Below the pieces are notes generated by a model. The model saw nothing but the letters and a program-made list of their open reading frames with translations, made no database searches and was not told the DNA's origin. Source: Isurus oxyrinchus (Eukaryota). Taken from it: 64,000 nucleotides of DNA. Shown one piece after another: positions 1 to 11,146 of the stretch. The DNA is taken from the NCBI GenBank assembly GCA_026770705.1, contig JANJGN010000385.1:1-64000 (forward strand), written 5' to 3'. Both the position numbers and the translations under genes were made by a program. Numbering within the stretch: the first letter of the stretch is position 1; each line of letters opens with the position of its first letter.

Positions 1-818
1 TCATTCCCTGAGAAATGTTTTTGAACAGTGGATGCTGTGGAACAGTAGGAAACATGGCAGACAATTTCTGCACAGCAGGATCCCACAAACAGCAGTGAGA
101 TACAGACCCAGAACATCTGTTTTTTTTAATGATGTTGGTTTAGGGATAAATATTGGTCCCAGGACACTGGGGATAACTGCCCCCACCCGACTCCATACCC
201 ACCCCCTACACTTCACCCAAAAAGTGTCCATGGGTTTTTGACATCCATCCGAGGTGTCCACTCTGTGCCTGTTCCCAGGATCTTGAGGCTCAAGACCCAA
301 CATTGGGTTCACTTTGAGCCTATCCAATTGGGCACAGGGACTGTTCCCCACGAACTGCCAGAGCCCTGACTTAAGGCTATTGTTCTCTCTCGGCATGAGA
401 GGGATGATGGGTTGAAGGTCATCTTTCACCCGAATCCTGTCTTAACAACATTGTAAACGCAGTAGGAAAAATCCCACTGGCCCCTTGTATCTTAACAACA
501 TCGTAAACACGACCTAAAGAATCCCCTGGTCACCCCTGAGTGTTTCTAATATTGTAAACACAGTGGATATATTTCCTCCAGCCTCTGAGAGGTAAAACTA
601 TGACACTAGAGCACCGCCATTGGCAGGAGGGTGTAACTATAGTGTGACATGTTTACATGGGAATGTTACATTACAAATGAAGGTACATGATTGTAAATAA
701 TGAAAAGGGCATGTGATAACAGGAAATGGTGCCTTGAGAATGGAATTATTCACCAGAGAATGGTATTCACATTTGAAAAACAATGTACAGAAATGTGTCT
801 GAGCATTTTAATTGCTTG

Positions 819-2905
819 TTTTTTTATATTCATTTATGGATGTGGGTGGCGCTGTCTAGGCCAGAATTATTGCCCATCCCTAATAGCCCTTGAGAATGTG
901 GTAGTGAGCTGCCGTCTTGAACTGTTGCAGTCCATGTGGGGTAGGTACACCCACAATGCTGTTAGGGAGGGAGTTGCAGGATTTGGACCCAGTGACAGTG
1001 AGGGGAACGGTGATATATTTCCAAGTCAGAATGCTGAGTGACTTGGAGGGTAACTTCAGGTGGTGGTGTTACCATGTATCTGTTGCCCTGTAATTCGAGA
1101 TGGTAGTGGTCGTGTGTTTGAAGGTGCTGCCTAAGGAGTCTTGGTGAGTTCCTGCAGTGCACCGTGTAGATGGTACACACTGCTGCTACTGTTCATCGGT
1201 TGTGCAGAGAGTGGATCTAGCGGGGCTGCTTTGTCCTGAGTGGTGTTGAGTTTACTGAATCTTGTTGGAGCTGCACTCATCCAGGCAAGTGGAGAGTCTT
1301 CCATCACACTCCTGACCTGTGCCTTGAAGGTGGTGGACAGGCTTTGGGGAGTCTGGAGTGAGTTACTCACTGCATGATTCCCAGACTCTGACCTGCTCTT
1401 GTAGCCACAGTGTTTTTATGGCTAGTCCAGTTCAGTTTCTGGTCAATGGTAATCCCCAGGATGTTGATAGTGGGGGATTCAGCAATGGTAATGCCATTGA
1501 ACATCAAGGGGCGATGGTTAGATTCTCTCTTATTGGAGATGGTCATTGCCTGACACTTGTCAGCGCAAGCCTGAATATTGTCCAGGTCTTGCTGCATTTG
1601 GACAAGGGCTGCTTCAGTATCTGAGGAGCCGTGAATGGTGCTGAACATTGTGCAATCGTTAGTGAACATCCACACTTCTGTCCTTATGATGGAAGGAAGG
1701 TCATTGATGAAGCAGCTGAAGATGGTTGGGCCGAGGACACTACCCTGAGGAACTCCTGCAGTGATGTCCTGGAACTGAGATGATTGACCTCCAACAACCA
1801 CAACTATCTTCCTTTGTGCTGGGTATGGCTCCAACCAGCGGAGAGTTTTCCCTCTGTTATGATGTGGTAGATGATGTGTGCCAGGGGGACCAAATCCACA
1901 AGGGAAACTTGGTCACACTATCACAACGGTTTTGCAATTTGTATTTATTATGAGATGTGTGCACTGAATTCAGGAGTAATGTGTCAACCAAGACATTTAG
2001 AGATCTTAAAAATTAAATTTTAATATTTATTTAATATTTAAAGCACACACATAAGGATACGGTTACTATTATAACAAATCCTAAACTTCCTAATTAACCT
2101 TGAAGATGGTGGTCAGGCATTGGGAAGTCTGGAAGTGAGCAGTAAAACTCCTTTTAGGCAATAAACCAAAATAGATTTTAGATTTAAAAACAAAACCAGC
2201 AAGTTAACACAGAACACACTTGAGAGTGGATTTCCAAATGGCTTTCTCAATCTATAGTCACTGAACATAACAGACCTATGGACAAATGCCTGGAGGCTTC
2301 TTCAAGGCTGATTCACACACTCTTGTTAGATTTTACATGGTCCCCAAAATAGCCTTTCATTCTCCTTTGTTGATGTTCCTCTCTCTTTGATATGTAAATT
2401 TCATTGTTCCATATGTCTTTGGAATTATACTTTTCCCATAATATAAAAACTTTCATGTTGCCAATGTTGTCAATAACCTTTGGGGAAAAATAAACACACT
2501 CCTTTGCCTTGCATATCGGTCTCATTGTAAACAGACCAATAGCCCTTTGAAATCCAAACAATCCCGTCACTTATCTAAAAATGCAAATTCCCCTCACACC
2601 TTACATGCTAAGTCAGCCTCCATGTTCACTCACTAGCATTTCAATTACATTTCTACATCTAGCTTCTTTTGATAATCTCAAACTTGCAGTCTACCTGACT
2701 CCAGATGTAATTAAGCCACACAGACAGACCCATCTACACTCACACCCATAAACCTAGTTTACAACAAACCAGGAAAATATTAAGCAAATTATTATACTTT
2801 CGTACCACCCCTGATTCCCATTGATTCCAGTTTTACTCGGGATCCTAGATGCCACACACGGTCAAATGCAGCCTTGATGTCAAAGGCAGTCACTGTCACC
2901 TCACC
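819..2905 (-). mobile_element. 5'-truncated LINE (CR1/L2-like RT plus 3' end) interrupted by a ~950-bp insertion
   Basis: GVPQGSVLGPTIFSCFINDL RT motif in ORF 1367-1834; LINE sequence resumes at about 2808. Confidence 0.8.
1855..2807. mobile_element. Solo-LTR-like insertion inside the LINE
   Basis: Starts TGTTATGA; a related sequence lies inverted at about 22330-22462. Confidence 0.5.
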
Positions 2906-3097
2906 TTGTATTAACAGATGTAAAATTATACATAATTCATAAGCTTCTCACAATCTTTTACAGCATGGAAAAAGGTGCAGCATTCAGAAAGCTCACTCAG
3001 AAACAATAAAAAAAGTTCAGCAACATCATATTTCTGTTCATTACTATTTGGCCATGTTGGCTGCACACACCCCACAGCCCCGCTCCCTGTTTCACAC

Positions 3098-3346
3098 TCA
3101 GTTTTTCTGGAACCTGATCTGTGTGTATTCCGTGTCCTCGCTCCTGTGCACAGTCCTGTCACCGCCGGGCAGCTTTGAAAAGTTGATGTTGGCGTAGAAA
3201 AGCTCGTCGGGTTTGTCGGAGTTCCCATGTCCAACATCGCCTCCCACTGGACCTTCAGAGAGATCCCGGGGAGCTGGGGTCTCCCCCTCGCTAGTTGTGT
3301 CTCTGGTTGTGTTCCGGGGCTCAGTAATCAGCACGTTCTGTTTACC
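3098..3346 (-). CDS. Terminal cytoplasmic exon B (ITIM-like ELFYANINF plus TEYTQI)
   Basis: 249 bp open to stop; both tyrosine motifs match the CD33-related Siglec pattern ELxYAxLxF...TEYxxI. Confidence 0.82.
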   Translation of the reverse strand, partial: GKQNVLITEPRNTTRDTTSEGETPAPRDLSEGPVGGDVGHGNSDKPDELFYANINFSKLPGGDRTVHRSEDTEYTQIRFQKN

Positions 3347-5755
3347 CTACAGAGAAATGGAAACAGAAGACATCCTCACATCATTTACTGGCACTGATAG
3401 GGTTAAATTATTGTGCGGAGTCATTTAATTCTCTCTCTCCTACCGGATAAAAGAAACCACCTATGGCAGTGCAGCACTTCCTCAGTACTGACCCTCCAAC
3501 AGTGCAGCACTCCCTCAGTGCTGACCCTCCAACAGTGCAGCACTCCCTCAGTACTGACCCTCCAACAGTGCAGCACTCCCTCAGTACTGACCCGCTGTCA
3601 GTCCCGCACTCCCTCGGTAATGGCTCTGGTGAGTGACGGCTTGGATGCTGCACACAGGTGCCTGGTGTGAGGCTCAATAACATGAACCTTGTAATCAGAG
3701 AGAGGATGAGAGAGAGGGATAGAGGAGGGATAGAGACAGAGTGTTATGAATCTATTAATGTATGTAATGTAATTGCAAACTGTCTTTTTAAACAGAGGTT
3801 TAGTCTGTGTGTGTGTCTGTGTGTATTTTAATTGGATTAAAGCCAGCCAGTCTGGGTGCTTTGATGTATAGTAGTTTTGAGATGTAAACAAAGAGGTAAA
3901 GTGGTAATTTGCATTTTTAAATAAAACATTCAAAGTCTGAGAGTGAAATCTTAAACCAATCAACGTTTATATTACTAATAAAATTGATACGATGAAAGGG
4001 GATTTATTGTTAGAAGAGATGGAGTTCAAAGGTCCTGATGATACATTGCGAATTTACCTTCAAACAGAAGCCATAAGACTAAGACTTAGGATGAGTAATT
4101 AGACCATTCGGTCCATTTTCCCACCTTCTCCCCTAACCTTTGATCCCCTGACCAATCAGCAGCCTGTCAATCTCCATCTTCTTTACACTCAAGAGCTGGG
4201 TATAACTTGAGCAGTTTTGTTTGTGCAGAGCAGAGGCTTGTAACATCAAAGCAGCTGTAAGCCTACACCTGTCTGCAAAGGAACCAAAGTGAAAGGAAAC
4301 TCATTTGGAATTTGTGAGGTGAAAATGCTTTGCCTGGTGTCTGCTTAAAGACAATGGGTTGTCTTAGAGGAGATTAGTTTGAGAATTTGTTAAAAAGTTA
4401 TGATAATACTAGTTTGTAGCCATGTGCATATGTTTAACTTGTGTAAATTAATAAATGTTTCATGTAGTTTGATATAAAACCATCTTGAGAACTGGTGGTC
4501 TTATTCCTGAATTTAGAGTTGCATCTCAAACCTTCCACTGGGAAATATAGGTTATGACAGTTGTTTAAAGTTTCCTTCTGGGATTTTAAACAACAGCCTT
4601 TACCAGTTGCTGTATCATAACAGAGAGACAGCATGATACTGAACCATTGCTGACTCCACAGGTACAAATCAGTGGGTAACTGGGCAGGGAATCTGTGACA
4701 TGTGTTGTCTACACACTGAGATTGAAGCTTTGGAGTGAGTGTAAACAGCTCCTGTACCTGGTGCTTCACAGACAGTGAACTGGGGGTCAATGCAATGTCA
4801 CTGGTCCCTGAAACTCTCTCCTCCATCGCTGTCTTTCTCCTGCAATAACACAATATCACACTGTTGTTATCATATAGCAGAGAGTCAGTGCAGCACAGAC
4901 ACAGAGCCCACTGTAACCTTACACCAACGACTGGACTGTCTCTTTAAATCACTTCTGCACAAAGCACAGAATCAAGAAGCTTGACACCATCCAGGACAAA
5001 GCAGCCCGATTGATCTACACCCCATCCCCCACATTAAACATTCACTCCCTCCACCATGAACACACAGAGGCAGCAGTGTGTGTACCATCTACAAGATGCA
5101 CTGCAGCAACTCAGCAAGGCTCCTTCAACAGCACCTTCCAAACCCACGACCTCTACCATCTAGAAGGACAAGGGCAGCAGACACATGGGAACACCACCAC
5201 CTGGAAGTTCCCCTCCAAGTCACTCACCATCCTGACTTGGAAATATATCACCGTTCCTTCACTGTCGCTGGGTCAAAATCCTGGAGCTCCCCCCTAACAG
5301 CAGTGTGGGTGTACCTACACCACATGGACCGCAGCGGGTCAAGAAGGCAGCTCACCACACCTTCTCAAGGGCAATTAGGGATGGGCATTAATGCTGACAT
5401 CACCAGTGACAGCCACATTCGATGAAAGAATTTAAAATCTCACAGCTCAATGTATTTACTGTGATCCTGCTGCACACACGCCCTGTCGAAGGAGCCTTTG
5501 TGGTTCCATTGTTAATCGAAGCAGATCAGAGTTACTACAACTACTTGCATTTATATAGCACCTTCAATGTAGCAAAATGTCCCAAGGCTCATCCGGGGAT
5601 TGTTAGTCACATCTTCACCTGACTCTGAGGCACATGAGGAGATATTAGGGACAGGAGACCAACAGCTGAGTCAACAAAGTCAGTTATTAACGGGCATCTT
5701 AAAGGAGGAGCTGGAGATAGGGAATGAGAGACAGACACAGAAAGAAAGAGAGAGA

Positions 5756-5792
<37 letters not shown>

Positions 5793-8700
5793 TGAATCTC
5801 ACTCCCCAATGGCTCAGCATCCAGTCCTCTCTGGAGAAGCATTTCATTCCAAACCACACCAACCGCAGCCCAATTGCATCCCTTCCTCCCTCTCTCCCCC
5901 TCTCCCCCAGTGGGTTGTTTCCTGTTCCCAGGAATCTCAATCCCTACCCCCACACCCACACCTCCTCACTCACTCTCCCCATTTCTCATTCAGTTATGCT
6001 CGAACCTGATCTGTGCGTATTCCGTCTCCTCTTCCCTGTGGACAGAACCATCACCACTGGATATCCTCAAAACTTGGGGATTGGAGTAGAGAAGGGCAAC
6101 GGGATTGTCGGTGTGCCAATGTCCAGCATCGCCTCCCACTGGACCTTCAGAGAGACCCCGGGGAACTGGGGTCTCCCCCTCGCTAGTTGTGTCTCTGGTT
6201 GTGTTCTGGGACTCAGTAATCAGCACGTTCTGTTTACCCTACAGAGAAATGGAAACAGAAGACATCCTCACATCATTTACTGGCACTGATAGGGTTAAAT
6301 TATTGTGCAGCCTCGCTAGTGTCAGTCGGTCTCAATGGGTTTAACTCTCTCTCTCATGTCATCTGAAAGAAACCACCTACGGCAGTGCAGTGCTCCCTCA
6401 GTTCTGATCCCCCCCACTGTGCAGCACATCCTCAGTAGTGACCCTCTGTCAGTCTCGCACTCCCTCAGTGCTGACCCTCCGACAGTGCAGCACTCCCTTA
6501 GTACTGACCCTCCGGCAGTGCAGCACTCCCTCAGTACTGACCCTCTGTCAGTCTCGCACTCCCTCGGTAATGGCTCTGGTGAGTGATGGCTTGGATTCTG
6601 CACTCAAGTGTCTGGTGTGAGGCTCATTGACATCACCCTTGTAATCAGAGAGAGGATGAGAGACAGAAGAGAGAGAGAAAGAAAGGGAGGTAGGGATAGA
6701 GAGAGAGAATGTCATGATGCGATTAATGAATATCATGTTTTGGAAATTATTTTTATTAAAATAGTGGTTTAGTCTGTGGGTGTGTGTGTGTGTGTTTTAA
6801 TTGGATTAAAGCCAGCCAGTCTGGGTACTTTGATGTATCGTAGTTTTGAGATGTAAACAGGGAGGCAAAGAGACAATTTGTATTTTTGAACAGCGCAATG
6901 TCTGGGGGTGAAATCTTAAACCAATCAACGTTTATAATACGAATAAAATTGATACTATGAAAGGGGATTTATTATTAGAAGAAATGGAGTTCAAAGGTCC
7001 TGATGATACAATGAGAACTTACATTCAAAGAGAAGAGCTGGGTATAACTTGAGCAGTTTTGTGTGTGCAGAGCAGAGGCTTGTAACAGCAAAGCAGCTGT
7101 AAGCCTACACCTGTCTGCAAAGGAACCAAAGTGAAAGGAACCTCATTTGGAATTTGTGAGGTGAAAATGCTTTGCCTGGAATCTGCTTAAATTCTATGGG
7201 TTATCTTAGAGGAGATTAGTTAGAGAATTTGTTAAAAAGTTATGATAATACTAGTTTGTAGCCATGTGCATATGTTTAACTTGTGTAAATTAATAAATGT
7301 CTCATGTAGTTTGATATAAAACCATCCCGAGAACTGATGGTCTTATTCCTGAATCTAAAGCTGCATCTCAAACATTCCACTGGGAAATATAGGTTATGAC
7401 AGTTGTTTAAAGTTTCCTTCTGGGATTTTAAACAACAGCCTTTACCAGTTGCTGTGTCATAACAGAGAGGCAGCGTGATACTGAACCATTGCTGACTCCA
7501 CAGGTACAAATCAGTGGGTAACTGGGCTGGGAATCTGGGACATGTGTTGTCTACACACTAAGATTGAAGCTTTGGAGTGAGTGTAAACAGCTCCTGTACC
7601 TGGCGCTTCACAGAGAGTGGACTGGGGGTCAATGCAATGTCACTGGTCCCTGAAACTCTCTCCTCCATCGCTGTCTTTCTCCTGCAATAACACAATATCA
7701 CACTGTGGTTATCATATAGCAGAGAGTCAGTGCAGCACAGACACAGAGCCCACTGTAACCTTACACCAATGACAGGGACTGTCTCTTTAAATCACTTCTG
7801 CACAAAGCACAGAATCAAGAAGCTTGACACCATCCAGGAGAAAGCAGCCCGATTGATCTACACCCCATCCCCCACATTAAACATTCACTCCCTCCACCAT
7901 GAACACACAGTGGAAGCAGTGTGTGTACCATCTACAAGATGCACTGCAGCAACTCAGCAAGGCTCCTTCAACAGCACCTTCCAAACCCACGACCTCTACC
8001 ATCTAGAAGGACAAGGGCAGCAGACACATGGGAACACCACCACCTGGAAGTTGCCCTCCAAGTCACTCACCATCCTGACTTGGAAATATATCACCGTTCC
8101 TTCACTGTCGCTGGGTCAAAATCCTGGAACTCCCTCTCTAACAGCACTGTGGGTGTACCTACACCTCATGGACTGCAGCGGGTCAAGAAGGCAGCTCACT
8201 ACCTCCTTCTCAAGGGGCAATTAGAGATGGGCAATTAATAGCGGCCTCACCAGTGACAGCCACATTCGAAGAAAGAATTAAAAATCTCACAGCTCAGGAG
8301 GAAGCCACTCAGCCCATCGTGCCTGTGCTGGCCCTTTGTAAAAACTGTCTAATTAGTCCTCAACAAATGTTTATATTAAAATCAAGTTAAATCTTCAGAC
8401 TTACTTTCTCACACAGATGAAGATGAAGATTCCAGCCAGGAAAACACTCAACATGATCCCAGCCGTGAACAATCCTACTGTCCATTTACTAGAGTCTCTA
8501 CCTGTAAAAACAGCCATTAATTACTGCACTACAGATTTACAATGATGCTCCGATGTATCTCGAGAAGCGATACACTCACTCAGTGTTTAAATACTCATTC
8601 TCGGGCAATGCTGACATTTATTGTCCATCCCTAGTTTCCCCTTGAGAAGGTGGTGGGGGGTCTTCCTCCTGAACCACTGGTTTGTCCCAAACTGGGAGAC

Positions 8701-11107
8701 CAGTTCAGAGGGCAGGTAAGAGTTAACCATGTTGGTGTCTGAGACTGGAGTCACATCCACATGCTTCCCTCCCTAAAGGGTATGTAGTCTCTACACATGT
8801 AACAACCAACCTCACTGAAATAATCGACTATCAGGTCATTATCACACGGTGGTTTGCGGGATCTTGCTGTGCACAAATCAGTACCTGTGTTTCCTACATT
8901 ACAACAGTGAGCTCACTTCGATAATGCTTCACTGGCTGTTGAATGTTTAGTAATTTCTAAGCAATTTATGAATACAGGTATTGCATTTCAACATGTAACA
9001 TTTATATATAATATTTATCAATTAAAGAATGAGAAGTTCAGCAATTAAAAGGGTTGTTCAGGACAGTTAGAGAGAGAAAGGTCGTCAAGTATGGAGATTG
9101 GAAACGAAGACCTGACAGCCTTGTCCTCACAACCATTGAAGGAGAAACTGAGAGCAAAAACAGAAAGGGAGAGGAAAAATTGGATGTGTGGATAACGTGG
9201 ACTGAGCGAGGACTGAAGAAAACTGGATTAAAAACAACACGATCCCAATGGCTCCACGGAGACCACGGAGACAACAAACAAACAAATGTATCTCCACACT
9301 CACATTCCACAGTGATGGTTATGAACCCCTCCACTGCTCCATGTTCATTCTCTGCCACACACTGATAGTCTCCAGTGTCCCTGGATGTAACGTGAGGAAT
9401 CACCAACCACAGCTCATTGTTGGAACTTGTTCTGTTCATTGGGACATTAAGATGTCGCCACGTCAGGTTAGAAGCTGGGAAGCTCTCGACAGAGCAGATT
9501 ATCACTGCAGAATTCCCCTCAATTATATTGATCGATGAAGCATTAATCATATCAAGAGAGGTAAATGAGAGATTCTGTGGTGCATCTAAAAACAAATCAA
9601 GTGTTTAATGTGAGCAAGCACAATTTACAGCAAGACTCCATGCATCATCTCTCTGTATCTGATGTCTGTATGCAATTCCGGGTACCTTCCCTCCATATAA
9701 CTTCCACTGTCAAATTTATAATGGGCACTGCCTATGTAAACAGTCAAACTGGAGTTACATTCTCCCACCAGTAGAGGTGCTGTCCACTTTTAATGAAAGA
9801 AGCTTTCACATCCTCAGTATTTTGCCAAGGGATTTACGGGAATGAATTGTATTTGATCGATGGAGCACTGAGGGATAAATCTACAATTCTCTGTTCAGGA
9901 GGTTGCTCCATCCAATTCAGGGTCTTGCTGATCTGGAGTTTACCTTCCTTCAACACAGAATCGGAGCTGACACCGAGACTCCAGTGCAGCACTGAGAGAG
10001 GACAGGGAACTCATTTGTGTGTTTGTGTATGTGTTTGTGTTTCTGCACAAGTGAGAGTGTTTGTGTGAGTATGCATGCATGTGTCTGTGTGTGCATGTGT
10101 GTATGTGTTTGAGCATATCTGAGTGTCTCTTTGTGTATATTTCTGTGCATGAGTGAATGTGTGTGCATGTTTATGAGTATGTGTGTGCACGTGTGTGTAT
10201 GTGTGTGTGTGTGTGTGAGTGATGTTGAAGTTTGCAGTAACTCACGTTCCACAGTGATGGTTATGAACCCCTCCACTGCTCCATGTTCATTCTCTGCCAC
10301 ACACTGATAGTCTCCAGTGTCCCTGGATGTAACGTGAGGAATCACCAACCACAGCTCATTGTTGGAATTTGTTCTGTTCATTGGGACATTAAGATGTCGC
10401 CACGTCAGGTTAGAAGCTGGGAAGCTCTCGACAGAGCAGATTATCACTGCAGAATTCCCCTCAATTACATCGATCGATAAAGCGTTAATCACACCAAGAG
10501 AAGTAATTGAGAGATTCCGTGGTGCATCTATAAACATAGAATGATTTTAATATGAGCAAATATAGTGCACAGCAAGACTCCATGCATCATGTCTCTGTAT
10601 CTGATGTCTGAATGCATTTCCAGGTACCTTCTCTCAGGATAAGAACTTATTTCACATTTACAATGGGCACTGCCTATGTAAACTGTCACACTGCAGTTAC
10701 ATTCTCCCACCAGTGGAGGTGTCCATCTAGAATGCAGCAAACTCCCTTACAGATCCTCAAGCTGTCCCCAAAGGCTTCAAAGGCAATGAATTGTATTTGA
10801 TTGATGGAACACTGAGAGGTAAATCTACAATTCACTGTTCAGGAGGTTGCTCCATCCAATTCAGGGTCTTGATGATCTGGAGTTTACCTTCCTTCAACAC
10901 AGATTCGGAGCTGATATCGAGACTCCAGTGCAGCACTGGGAGAGGAGAGGGAACCCACATGTTTTTGTGTGTGTATGTGTGTGTTGGCTTGTGTGTGCAT
11001 GTTTCGGTACAATAAGGATGTGTGTTTGTGTTTGTGTGTGTGCACATGTGTGTCTGTATGGGCATGTGTGTGTGTGCTTGTATGAGTTGAGATTGTGTGT
11101 GTTTCTG

Positions 11108-11146
<39 letters not shown>

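Noticed and set aside
5600-6289. 229-aa plus-strand ORF
   Set aside because: Antisense to terminal exon A and spans a (GA)n tract; no recognisable domain.
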